This document shows positions 24,181-36,150 of a DNA stretch of 64,000 nucleotides, piece by piece (position 1 is the first letter of the stretch; the number at the start of each line of letters is the position of its first letter). Source of the stretch: Camelus dromedarius (lineage: Eukaryota); the NCBI RefSeq assembly GCF_036321535.1, contig NC_087462.1, positions 1,178,001 through 1,242,000 on the forward strand. Direction: 5' to 3'. The notes under the pieces were generated by a model. It was not told the origin of the DNA, made no database searches, and saw only the letters and a list, made by a program, of their open reading frames with translations. The position numbers and the translations under genes were made by a program.

Positions 24181-26869
24181 CGTGAAGAGCGGAGGTGGAC
24201 ATCATATAGTAATCAGCACCGCATTGAGATCCTAGCAGCTCACATCCTAGCCACCACCCGGACATTCACCACTTTGACCCAGCAATTCTGCTCCTGAAGA
24301 GGTACCCAGAAAGTGTTCGTGAGGAAGCAGGTGTGTCTGTGTGTGGCTGCACCGCTGAGATGGATGGACCTGCACGAGTACAGGCGCATCCCTGAGCTCG
24401 TGCCCTGGAAGGCCCAGGACGCGGCCGGGGCAGAGGCAGCTGCAGCCCACGGGGAGGTACGCACGTTCCCGCTGCAAAGTTTCCCCGAGTTTCCGCCTGT
24501 GTCTGCAGTCCGTTAGCCCCCCACCCCTCGTGGAGCTGCTGCTCCAGCAGGATCTTCTACTTTGATGATAGAGCATTTTTTAAAAATGGTGCACAAATAA
24601 TAACCAAAATAAAATTTTCTAATCAAAACAATCTGTGCACATTTTACATGATCTGTAACCCATCCGTGTTTATTCCTGAGGGGGGTTAGATGACTCCCCG
24701 TGGTCCGGGCGGTCCGTTACACACAGTGGGTGCAGCCGGCCCCAGGCCTAGCCAGTTGGTGGGCAGCTGGCCCCCACAGAAAGCACCAGGCCCCCCTCCA
24801 AGCTGCTGGGGAGAACCCAGAGCTGCCACCCCTTCTCCAGGAGGTGGTGGGGTAGGGGCAGGATCCGGCCCCATCCAGGTGAATTACCTTGACTCCTTGG
24901 CTGGCCAGGATCACCTGGAAAGCAGTGGCTCAGAGTCACTGTTCAGACAGACAGCCACAGTGGGGGTCTGACCTGCCATGCTCACCAGGGCCACCCAGGG
25001 GCCTAGCCTCCCCTGACCAGCCTCCTTCAAGACCCTCTCCTGTCACGAGGGTCAGGGCGCTCTGCTAGGCTCCGCAAGCTTCAGAGAGCCCCAGAGCTCT
25101 GCTGTGACCACGGCCAGGCAGGTTTCCATCTCACCTGCGCGTGTGCTCTGGACACACATGTAGTAGCCCTGACCTGCATCCCACCCCACCCCCCTGAGCC
25201 TGGTCCTGGGGTCCACTGTCTGGCAGGGGCATGCCTGTGTCCCAAGAGGGTTTGAGCCCTGGGAAGCCAGGGCCTCAGCCCAGCCAGGGTGCCAGGGCAC
25301 CTTCTCCGAGGGCAGCTTGGCCTGAGCCATCTCCCCTGTGAGCAGGGACAGTGGGGACGGCGACTCCAGCAGCCCAGAATTGTCACTGTCCCAGAGACCA
25401 ACTTGGCACATGGCAGAAGCTTCGAAACGTAAGGAAGGGGGACTCTGATGTTGGGCTGGCACCCCCACGTGATGGGGTCCCACAGCTAACAGGTCGGCCC
25501 TGTACTCTGATTGTGAACCAGACAGGTGTCTGCCCCGAGGGAGTGCCCACACCTTAAATGGGGTGCCCGGGGCCCCGAAGGGTGCTACCCCGTCCCTAGG
25601 GCCCATCTCAGATCTGGGCCCCGCAGGGCCATTGCTCCTCACAACCAGGGCCACCATGGGCAGGGGAGGAGACTGAACTCCCCCATCCTCTCCCGGAATC
25701 TCTGGGGGCCGCCAGTTCATATGCCAGAACCAGAGGGGTGGGTTCCACCAGCTCAGCTGAACGGGTGATCAGTGAAGCAGGGTGCCTGGGGGGAAGGAGG
25801 GGAGGAAGGCTGGACCGGCCCTCGGGTTCTGGGCCCACAGGAAGTCCAGTCCGGGCTCCACGGGTATCGAGCCCCAGGAAAGAAGCTCCGGGGTGAAGGA
25901 CATGTGTGCGCCCCAGACCCACCCTCAGGGAGGGACCCGACCAGCTGAAGCCCACTGCCCCTGCCGCAGCCACACACCCTGGGCAAGCTGCGTCCCCTGG
26001 GGTCTCTGGTGTCAGGGCAATGTGCCTAAGCCATGGGAGAGAAACCAGGAATCTGCTTCTGGGACCCAGGGCCCACACCTGAGCTTTGCTGGTAAGGTGC
26101 CCAGGGGAGGACCCAAGGTGCCGGTGAGCTGAGGGGGCCCGTGCCCGGGGAGCACATGCCTGGGCATCTGCTGAACAGCAGAATGCTGCTGGGTGTGAAC
26201 ACACATGTGTCCTGGAAAATTCACAAAATGGAGAACCGAAAGTTGGCCTCTGTCCCAGGCGGCCTGGCCCATGGGCCATACCAAGTGGAAGGGAAGGGGG
26301 GCACATACTGGAAGGTACCAAGATCTTCCCCCCAATCACTGCCCTGGTGTGGTTCCCCAGAGGCTGCAGGTGAGCCCCTCCAAGGCAGCCCACATAGGAG
26401 AGGGGCGTCCCCACAGAAGGGCAGAGCTGCGGGCCAGGTTGGCCTGACAAGCGCCTGATCCACAGAGCCTGCCTTAGTTTACCCTTCACGTGCAATGGGC
26501 AGGCGTAGGAGAAAAGCAGGGGTGTGGGGCTCCTAGGGTGTCAGCCTGACAAAAGCCACGCCTCAACAGAGGTCAGCGCCGGGCCCTGTGAAGATCCAAG
26601 CGGGCAGGCAAAGACAAGTTTTCTTCCACCAGAGTGCCCTGTGGAACTACCCTTCCATGGAATACGTTCAAGTCATCGAATATTTATTAGGGCAATTTTT
26701 TCTTGACTCAGATGAGGGGAGACGGGCCTCTGGACAGTCAGTAAAGAAAACAGCCAGGTTCCCACTAACTCAGATGGCAGAGTCTAGAAACAGACCCACA
26801 GGCACAAGGGGCTCAGTGAGGGATAAAGGTGGCATTTCAGTGGGGGAAAGAAAGGCTTTTTCGGGAGAT

Positions 26870-27102
26870 AGAGTTGGGGCAAATGACGTGGAAAAAAGCA
26901 GTTTGGGTTCCTACCTCACCCCTTCCCAAAAGTCCTCTCTAGAATTAGACCCAACATTTAAGTACCTATTTGAAAAAGAAACCATTACATTTTTCAAAGA
27001 AAACACTTTTTATCATCTTGGAGTAGGGAACACAAGTCTGAGCATGATACAAAATGTAGAAGCCATAAATGATAAAATGATGACAATTTTAAATGCTGGA
27101 AA

Positions 27103-27157
<55 letters not shown>

Positions 27158-27800
27158 AATCAACAAACAAAAACTACAATCCAAATCAAACACAAATGAC
27201 TGATCGGAAAAAAGTACTTTTTTTCCTAACAGACAATAGGCTTAACTTTCTGAACATGGAAAGAGCTCCTCAGAAACAGTAACAGCCACAATCCAGCTAG
27301 AATAATGGACCAAGAATGTGCTATACAGATGGCTTTTAAATATACACATATTTGTAATAAACAAATTTTTCTGGTTTCAAAATGATATTAGTGATAGAAA
27401 TGACCAACATAATAAATCTGACAGAAGCACTGAGGTGTTTAATTACACTCCTGGGAAACACAAATCAAACCACAATGAAATACTATTTTAACAGATCATA
27501 TACCCACTCAGGGATCTATGGAAGGCCCTTTGACTTCGCCCTTCTGCACTAAGGAATTCAACCCACAGAGATCCTCCTACTTGGGCAGAAAGACATTTGT
27601 ACAAGGATCCTGACCCTAGCATTGTCTGTTACAGAAGACTGGGAAAAAAATTACATTTCAACCAACAAAAAACAGGACGAATAAATTATAGTGCTAATAA
27701 AAAATGGGGCAGCCACAAGGAGGACTGAATCCAATCTAGGCGTGGGAACATTAAGTTTCCAAGCCATGTTTAGTAAGAGGATCACACTTCAGTGTAAACT
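26870..27800 (+). mobile_element. old L1M ORF2-end/3' region
   Basis: AT-rich; the ORF at 26588-27109 contains LGSYLTPSQK...HLGVGNTSLSM, a degenerate L1 ORF2 C-terminal segment. Confidence 0.6.
27100..27155 (+). repeat. (AAAT)14 microsatellite
   Basis: direct count. Confidence 0.95.
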
Positions 27801-28399
27801 CATTAGATACACATGCACACTTTCTCTGTTGAAACCGAAGACACTGCTTTCTCTCTGCCCTAGGGGACAGGAACCAGGCCATGGAGGTCAGGGGTGGGAA
27901 GACACTGTGTATTCACCCCATACTCTCTTATACTCTGAATTTTTTACTCTGTGTGTGGGAAAATATTTTTGTCCACTTGTAAGCCGGTGGCTTTGAACTT
28001 GCTGCACTGCTGAGCCCAGCTCTCAGGGAATTTACGTTCTGATGAGGTGAAGACAGTAGGCTCTATGACGTCAGCACCTGGGGTCAGTGGGAGCACAGAG
28101 TAGGGGGTCAGGGCGGGCGGGGAGGGGGTCTTCGGGGAGAAACTACTGCAGCAAGAGACTGAGATGACTCAGAATGTCGAGAAACGTTAGCCATGCTGAG
28201 GGGCATCGGCAAAGACAGGGACAAGACCGGGAGGTGGTGAGGGCACGCCGGTCACAGAGATCAGCCTGTGCAGAGGCCCGGTGGGGAAAGGGGCAGACGA
28301 GAGAGGGGGCCCTGATGCTCTCTGCTCCCGTGAGCGCACACACACGTTCAGTTTTATTCCCAGACGTCCCGTACTATCGAACACGACACGAGACTCCCA

Positions 28400-29060
28400 G
28401 CAAGGAGGCCCGTGGAACTCGGGAGGAACAAAGGCACGGCAGCTTCCCGCCCACCACTAGGCCGGGCACCGTCCTGTGTTAGAGTCGGCAGGTCGGGACT
28501 CGGGGGCCCAGGCCGGGTCCGCCCAGAGAGCCCGGGATTCTGGCAGGCCGTCCTGACGTGCCCAGGGGCCGCTTTAAGCTCTTCGAGCGCCTCAGTCCCA
28601 AGTCCCAGCTCCCAGCGACAAAGAGCACCGCGGGGCCAGGTACCGGCGCGCAAAGCCGCCGCGCGGACGCCGAGAGACCCCGGCCTCGCCCGACTCGGCC
28701 TCAACGCTGACAAGGACCCACGCCGCGTCGGCTGTCCGCTCTGCGCGCCCCACGGCCGGGCGGCGGCAAGGGCAGGGTCGGCCGGCCCGGGTCCGAGCCG
28801 CCGCCACTTACCGCCGAGGCCCCGGCCTCCTCGCGCTTCGCCGCCCGCCACGGCTGCCGTGCGCGCGCCCCTCCACTTCCGCTCCCGCTTCCGCCCCCGC
28901 TGCGCCCCTAGGCGTCGTCCCCGCCCCCAGGCCGAAGCACCTCCCCCTCTTAAAGGGGCCGCGGACCCAGAGGGGCCAAGGCGAAAGCAGCTCTGGGTCC
29001 TGGCCTCGCCACTGCCCAGTGCCGCCACACACGTCAAGCCGCCGCCCGACCTCCAAATGG
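28400..29060 (-). promoter_or_regulatory. orphan CpG-island promoter with a candidate non-coding first exon ending at 28812
   Basis: CpG-dense; two ETS motifs at about 28873-28893; NRF1-like gtgcgcgcgc; minus-strand donor GCG|GTAAGT at 28806-28811. Confidence 0.6.
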
Positions 29061-29790
29061 ATGACAGGTCACCGTCTCTGAGGCCTTCCGCACTCTAAAG
29101 CACTGCCCTTGTAGGTCGCAGAGGGTATTCTAGGGACCTGGCGTCCGCCAAGTGTCTGGGGAGACCCATGCCACCCCTGCCTTCAAGGGCACCCCGGGAG
29201 TTGAACACAGCTCAGACGAAGGCCCCGTGGCGTCTTGCAGGAGGGATCCTTATGACCCCAGCCCCAGGGTGGGTCCCCATTCCTGGGGAGACCCCACAGG
29301 GCCTCGTACCTGCCACTGCCCTCCCCTGGACCCAAGCACCCTCGCTGCAAAAGACCCTCTTGACTTTCTGTGCAGGGGGGTCAACGACGGGAAGGGCAGC
29401 CCTAAGACTACACAGCGTCCCCGTCTACTACATGGGTAGGGAAGAATGCCTCACTGGGGCCCCAGAGCAGGCCCAGCCTAGACCTGCTGCGGCCACTCCC
29501 ATCCCCAGGGTCGTCTTGAAAACAGGGAGCCCGCCATCCTCCCCAGGCAAGCCCTATGAGCAGGCAGGGTCCTGGATTCGAAAGCTGTCGCCCCTCCATC
29601 ACCACCCAGACAATCGGCAGCCCCAAGGACCCGAACCCCACCCATCTTCTGTAGAGGGTGAGCTGACATCTACAATTGTGATGAACTTTGCTGAGGGGTT
29701 GGGGACAAAGCCCGGGCTGCTCTTCGGGCTGGCTGAGCCCCAGGGAAAGCACGCGCCGTGAAAAGGAGAGGAAACTTAAAATTTTAAATC

Positions 29791-29796
29791 TTTAAT
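29791..29796 (-). terminator. ABHD17A: ABHD17A poly(A) signal ATTAAA
   Basis: minus strand acaaATTAAAgatttaaaattt, about 230 nt after the predicted stop. Confidence 0.75.
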
Positions 29797-30010
29797 TTGT
29801 TTTCACGTTCTTCCTTGTTTTGCTTCCAAAAGGAAATGAGAGCATAGCTCCGTCGCCTGTACATTGTCCACGTCCCCTGGGCTGGGGTAGGTCCCGACCC
29901 CTACCTGCCGGCTGCCTCGAGGGCGTGGGGCACCCAGGGGTTTACATGCAGCCCCCGGGACCGGGGCAGGGTCCGGGCGCCGCCTTATTGCTGAGGTCCC
30001 GGCGCGGCTG

Positions 30011-30141
30011 NNNNNNNNNNNNNNNNNNNNNNNNNNNNNNNNNNNNNNNNNNNNNNNNNNNNNNNNNNNNNNNNNNNNNNNNNNNNNNNNNNNNNNNNNN
30101 NNNNNNNNNNNNNNNNNNNNNNNNNNNNNNNNNNNNNNNNN
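30011..30141. other. assembly gap covering the ABHD17A C-terminal codons and stop
   Basis: N run. Confidence 1.
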
Positions 30142-30249
30142 NTGGGGCAGCGCTCATACAGCGCCAGCCCGTGCGAGAAGTCAATCACCTCGTCCTCCGT
30201 GCCGTGGATGATGAGCACCGGCGACGTGATCTTGGACACCTTCTCGATG
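30024..30249 (-). CDS. ABHD17A: ABHD17A last coding exon (visible 30142-30249; 3' end in the gap, left coordinate inferred)
   Basis: acceptor cctcgcag|C; (N)[35 protein letters not shown] containing the catalytic Asp motif; end placed from the recalled 226-nt human exon CDS. Confidence 0.85.
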
Positions 30250-30279
30250 CTGCGAGGCGGGGCATATTAGGACTCCGCG

Positions 30280-30414
30280 NNNNNNNNNNNNNNNNNNNNN
30301 NNNNNNNNNNNNNNNNNNNNNNNNNNNNNNNNNNNNNNNNNNNNNNNNNNNNNNNNNNNNNNNNNNNNNNNNNNNNNNNNNNNNNNNNNNNNNNNNNNNN
30401 NNNNNNNNNNNNNN
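30280..30414. other. assembly gap covering the end of ABHD17A exon 4 and its donor
   Basis: N run. Confidence 1.
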
Positions 30415-30512
30415 CCACAGCGGCGCACTCATAGCGTGAAGCCAGGTCCACGGTGGGCACCGTGCCAATGCTCTGCCCGTACAGGACGATGCTGTCCGGG
30501 CTGATGCCGTAC
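30333..30512 (-). CDS. ABHD17A: ABHD17A exon 4 (visible 30415-30512; remainder in the gap, left coordinate inferred)
   Basis: acceptor ctgccag|G; [32 protein letters not shown] containing the nucleophile motif GQSIG. Confidence 0.85.
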
Positions 30513-32785
30513 CTGGCAGCGAGGGGGCAGGATCAGCCGCGACGCAGCGCGCACACCCCTCCCACTGCCCGCCCTCCTGGGGCAGTCCCCCAACACCGAA
30601 GCGGTAGGACTAATACGGGAGGTAGGACCCAGACAGGCGTGAGGGGAGCTGGCCAACAGCGGCCCCACTCTGCCGTTTCTTGGACAGTATCTACTTGGTC
30701 GCACCTGGGCAGTGCACCTGTAAGGGCCCCACCCGCTCCTCTTGGTCATCCAGCTACCCCCAACCCCTACACACACTTGACCAAGGCCACCTGCTTGGGG
30801 CCTTCCTGTCCCTGCTGTTCTGAATTGGACGGCCCTTTGTGGTTGCACTGGAAGGGGGCGCGTCTTCCCCCCAGCAGCCCTCACCCGACCCTCATCTACC
30901 CCCTTGGCAAGCCCTAGGGATTGGAGGCAGCTGTGTCCTCTGATGTCTCAGCCAGTTTGTGACCCCTCAGTGTCCCTTATACCCAATGAGGTGTTAGTAC
31001 AACACAGGTGAGCAGGAACAGTGGCTCCCGAGGGAAAATGGGTAGCCGCCGCCTCCTTCTCTGGGCTCCCTCCCTACTTAGTGGCAAGGTCCTGGGCCCC
31101 ACTCGCCACCCCAAGCTCTCCTAGCCCCACACCAGCAGGGCTGATTCAGCTCCACACCACGTGCCCCTTCCTGACCACACAAGGACCACTCACCACCCTC
31201 CAGTGCAGGAGGCCTCTGTGGCCTTCCTTCCACATACCCATGACCCTGATCCCAAAGGAGGCTCTCCTCCCAGTAGCCAGGGAAGGTCTGTATCTCACCT
31301 AGGCAGCCAGACTCCATCTCCCTGTCCACCCAGGGGCCATGTGCACAGTCCCGGTCCTCTGGCCCCAACCCCCAGACACACCCCCAGGCCTCGGGGAGCC
31401 ATCTGGCCTCATGCCTACTACTCTGGCCGCTCCTCCCCGGCCGGCTCCCTGGTTCGCTGTGAGCATTGCTATGCTGAGTCCCAGCCCAGTCCTATCACCC
31501 AGCTCCAGGCAGGGACCCCCAGCTGCCACCTGGCTGTCTCCACCAGGACAAACGCAACAGGTGCCAGATGGTGCAGCTCTTCTTCCAGGCCTCCCCAGCC
31601 CTGGTCACAACCTGGACCCAAGCCTCCCGCCCTCCTGATGTTTCTCAGCTATTGGGGCTGAGGAACCAGGTCCCTGGAGGTCAAGGCTGGCAGCAGGACA
31701 GACAGATGGATGACAGAGCTCCGAACTCTCAGTCCCTCATGAGGTGTGATTCTGCAGTGACCCCCCAGCCAGTGGGGACAGGCTGAGGCAGCCAAGGGTG
31801 GACACATACCTGCACTGTGCCACCAACCATGGGTCCCCAGTGCCAGGGTGGTGTCAGGGAACCCTGCTCACAGGGCCTGCATCAGGGACTGCTGGGGCAT
31901 CACTATGGCAACCAGGGCCCCCGCCTCCCCAGGGCAGGTTGGCTTTGGTCCCAGCAGGAGCTGGTCGCATCAGCTGGCCGGGCAGGGTGGAGATGGGGCA
32001 GCCAGCCCTGAGCAGGCGGAGGGTGCAGCCTCCAGGAGGGCAGGGGCTGGGTGGGTGTCCCTCTAAGCAGCATGGGGCATGGGGCCACACCGCACGCACT
32101 GGTTCAGGTGGGGCCGCTGTGCTCGGTGAGCGAGCACGAGGGTGGAAGGGGGCTGCCAGGGTCTGGATGATCAGGGCAGTGGGGTCCAGGGAAGGTGCAG
32201 ACCAGATCACGATGGCACTGAGTAAGGCCTGCAGGTGTGTGCTGGACACCGTGCCTGGGGAGGACCCAGCCTCTGCTCGCTGACCTACCAGCCACCAGGG
32301 CTGTGCTGGGTACCAAGCTGCCTAAGAGAACCTTCTAGGCCCAGAGGAGCCCTGCCCTCAGGATGAGGCCAGCACCTGATGCAGAGGCCCTGCCCCACCC
32401 ACCCTACCAAGTGCTCCCACATCCTCGGGGGTCCCCTGAGTCCTTTCACACAGGCCTCACACACCCCCTCCTGGGCTGGGAGGGGCCCACGTCCTCTGTC
32501 CACCCTTCTCCCTTCATTCTCCCTTCAGGTGGAGCCTCCAATGGGGACAGTGTCAGGCCCTGTCCCTTCCCCTGCCCAGGCAAGGCTTGAGGCCTGCCCG
32601 CCCATCACCACGCAGAGAGAACATAGGCCAGGCCTTGCCCTGTGGCCCAGGGTGGCTGCAGACAGGCTCCCTCTCCTGCAGGCCCACCCGCCTGGGCTCC
32701 CTCCCTCCCCCAGGTGGGAGGTTCCACCTGGGTGGATCACCTGTGAGGCAACGCTCATCTCCCCCAGCCCCAGCACAGAGCTCAC

Positions 32786-32980
32786 CGGGTGCGCAGGGCC
32801 TGCCAGGCAGCGTCGATGTCGGCGTAGAGGTTCTTCTCGGAGGGCTTGCCCGAGCTCACGCCGTAGCCCGAGTAGTCGTAGGAGAAAATGTTGCAGTTGA
32901 TGCGCGTGCCCAGGCCGATGTAGAAGCTGCTCATCTGGCCCAGGTCCACCGCGTTGCCGTGCGAGAAGAGCACCGTGTAC
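32786..32980 (-). CDS. ABHD17A: ABHD17A exon 3 (195 nt)
   Basis: cccaag|G TAC; [64 protein letters not shown]; donor CG|GTGAGC. Confidence 0.96.
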
Positions 32981-34163
32981 CTTGGGCAGGGGTGGAGAAG
33001 CACAGGTCAGAGGGCAAGGGAGGGGCTCTTCACGCCCAGCACCCAGGAGTCCTGATGAGGGGACAGGCTGCCTGTGCCAAACAGCGGCCCAACTCCTCCC
33101 AGTGGGCCTCAGACAGGGGATGGCCAGCGGAGTGTCAGGCTTCCCCTCATGAAAGGGGGCCACTGGGACCACTGGTCACATTCTTGGCACAGGTGGGCCC
33201 CTCCGCGTGAACTTGGCAAGCTACAGTGACCATCACACGTATCCCCGTGGGTAGCAGCCGCCTCTCCTCTGGAACATTCCTTTGGAGGTACTCCGGCAGC
33301 CCCTAGGGATGGTAGGCACATTGCCCACTGCTCAGAACCTTCCTAGAGAATGAGACAGCGCCTTCTCTGTCGGCAGGGCTGCCCCACACTCTTGACAGCA
33401 GGCCCCTACTCCAGCCCTGACAAGTGAATGAAGCCGATCCCTGTTCAAAGTGGTGCAGCTCTTCCTAGACAGGGAATGACCACAGCCCTTACTTCTGCCT
33501 TGTGTCCCGTGGCAGCCCTGCGAGTTGGTCATGCCAAGAGCAGGAGACCAGGCTGGATCCAAGCTGATGGCCTCCCAGAGTCTTCTTCCTCCAGCACCAC
33601 GGGCCCCGCCCAGCCCGGTGCAGACGGAAGGTAGAAGTTTGCCCTTTGGACTCAGATCTGCAGTCAGAACCCAGCCTGGTCTGAAGATAGAAGCATCAGG
33701 AAGGCCCCCCTCTGCCCCACCTTGGAACTCAAGGAATCAGACTTGGCACAAGCCACCAGCCAGGCCTCAGGTGCCCCTGCCCCAAAGCAGGTGCCAAGGC
33801 CTCACCGGGCACCAAGGGCCCAGGAGACCATCCCTGGGCAGGTCAACACAGAGACCCAGAAGCAGGCAGCTCCTCATCAAGCAGGTGGGGTGATGTGGCA
33901 CTCAGAGCCACCTCCCCAAGCCTCAGGGTGCTGCTTGTGGAAGGGCACCTGGCCTCATGGGCAGATCTCATCTGCTGCCCCTTCCTTCAGCAAGAAGAAT
34001 CCTGGTGCACACACACCACCAGACAGGCTTTCTGGGGGGGCCTCTGGGGGCCACCACCAGCTGGAACAGGAGCTCTGAGGACAGAGCACACCCAGGGCCA
34101 GGAGCCTCCCGGGCCCCACCCTCCACCCTCAGGTCATGTCCACGTGGCGGCCCCGAGGCTCAC

Positions 34164-34495
34164 CTGGCACCAGGCACGCAGCGCACGTACATGCAGGAGA
34201 TGCGGTTGCCCCGGCTGCTCTTGGTCAGGAAGACCTCGACGGTGTCCAGCTCGCGCTGGCTGTACTGGAAGTCAGCGCGCTCCAGCAGGTGGAGCTTCCA
34301 GCGCCCAGCTGTGCCGGCTGAGGCCCGTAGGGTCCCCGAGGGGGCGGCCCCGGCCCCACCGGGCCCGGGATCAGGCTCAGGCACTAGCGAGTAGGTAGGC
34401 TCCGGAGGCAGGAATGCGAGCTTGGCGGCGATGCGGCCGGGGCAGGGTGGGCAGCAGAAGAGGCAGCAGAGCTCGGTCACTGACAGGCCGTTCAT
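34164..34495 (-). CDS. ABHD17A: ABHD17A (protein depalmitoylase) exon 2 CDS (332 nt)
   Basis: [35 protein letters not shown]...[11 protein letters not shown] with the N-terminal palmitoylated Cys cluster; donor AG|GTGAGC at 34163. Confidence 0.97.
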
Positions 34496-34700
34496 GGCGG
34501 GCGCCGGGCCCCGGGGCAGACCTCGCCCAGCCGGGGAGGGGTGGGGGTGCTCGGAGACGCAGGCAGGGGGCAGGGCGACCCCCGGCCACCGCCCCAGACG
34601 AGAGCCCCGTTAGGAGGCCGCAGCCCAACCCCATCGTGGTCCAAGCCGAGTGCTCGGGAGCCTGGCAGCCTCGTGTGTCCACGTCGTGCAGAGGGAAGTC
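34496..34700 (-). other. ABHD17A: ABHD17A exon 2 5' UTR part (acceptor inferred)
   Basis: ctgcatctcactgtccccctgcag|GACTT is the best acceptor upstream of the ATG. Confidence 0.6.
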
Positions 34701-35982
34701 CTGCAGGGGGACAGTGAGATGCAGGTTCATGGACTCCGAGCCCTGGCCTTCCCCACAGCCCACTCTACCCACAGCCTCCGGCATCTGGGCCAAGCCTGCC
34801 CACCCTGGGCACCAACACCTCCTGAGTGACCTTCATGGGACCCAAACCTGACCAAGCCCCCGCCTGCTACCACTCTTCCTCTACCTGCAGGCACCAACTC
34901 TTGCCATTTAAGCCCACTCATCAGCCCAGTTTCAGCCTGCAGGCTACACTGGGCGATCAGACCCGACACACCCAGCTGTCCCCCACATAGCTCCCGCCTG
35001 TGGTCCAGGGAAACCCTGTCACCCCCTGCACCTCTGTCCACACAGTTGGCCCAGACTCCCCAGGGCCCATCTCATCTGCCACCCCCAGGTGACACAGCTC
35101 AGCCAAGGCAAGGACAGACTGCTGACCACCGGGACCCAGGAGAGTGCTCACAGAGCCAGCCCCGTGCAGGATGCAGGACGGCGACATCCGGAGACAGGAG
35201 CCCAAGCAAAGGAAATACAACAAACAAAGGCTCTGGAAACAAAAGCAGGACACACTGGGGCTGGGGACACCCGCTGTGCCTGGACAAAGGCTCTCTCCCC
35301 CACTGGGGCCAGGCCCAGGCCACAGAGCCAGGGCTCCCCTCAGCTCTGCCAGCTTAAGGGTCTGCGGCCTCAGTTTCCTCATCTGTCAATGCAGACACCA
35401 TTCACCTCACAGAGGGAGCAAATGAGATGAGGGGTGAGTGGAGGGCCCCACGAGGCAGAGAAAAACAAACATTCTCCCTTTCGCAGAAGGTTGTGAAACG
35501 TGCTCTGAAACAGACCACAGCTAAACTGCTAAAGCAACAGCAACCGAATACAGAGCTGCCAACAGAGACTGGAAGGAAATAACAAAAGTTTGAGCAAAAC
35601 CCACTCGCTTACTACGTCTTTCCTACAGGCCGAATGAGGGAGAGGGCACACTCACAACTCAGCTCCAGGCAGCAGAGCACCTGAGAATGTTCTGTTTCGG
35701 GGCCACAGCCTTTGAAAACCACCAGGCCAGGGACACTCAGATTCAGAGCAGGTCGGAGCAGTCTGAGGCCCAGAAACACACCTGCTCCCTCCAGACCTGT
35801 GACTGGAGACCGAGGGCCATGATACGCCACATCCCACAGTCACCCGGATTGGGGCACACGGAGGGGAGTGGGAGAGGCCATGAAAGCCAAGGTGGGGACA
35901 CCAATGGCCTCCAGGAGTCCCCAGATTCTGAGGTGGGATATGCACTTTGCGTGCAAGTATTTTCAGAGGGAGAGTCCATCAT

Positions 35983-36150
35983 ACTGGTTCTCAGAGGAAG
36001 GCGAACTTGCCCCGTGGGGACACTTGCCAATGCCTGGGGACTTTTCCAGTGGTGATGACTGGGAAGAGAAGAGTGTAGTAGCATTGAGGAGGGAGGCAGG
36101 GATACTGCTCAACACTGCACAATGCGCCAGATGCCCTCCTCCAAACTGAG
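35983..36150 (+). mobile_element. MER20-like relic
   Basis: ctggttctcagaggaaggcgaacttgccccgtgggacacttgccaatgcctggggac...actgcacaatgc. Confidence 0.6.

Noticed and set aside
25608-26495. 295-aa minus-strand ORF, and similar 200-280-aa ORFs at 1457, 5619, 37259 and 59430
   Set aside because: No recognisable homology, composition typical of GC-rich non-coding DNA, and several overlap repeats.
26588-27109. 173-aa ORF with less biased composition
   Set aside because: Its C-terminal half is degenerate L1 ORF2 and it ends in the (AAAT)n tract, so it is a repeat relic and not a gene.
29820-30512. ABHD17A as a pseudogene or truncated gene
   Set aside because: The breaks coincide exactly with N gaps; visible codons, splice sites and phases are intact.
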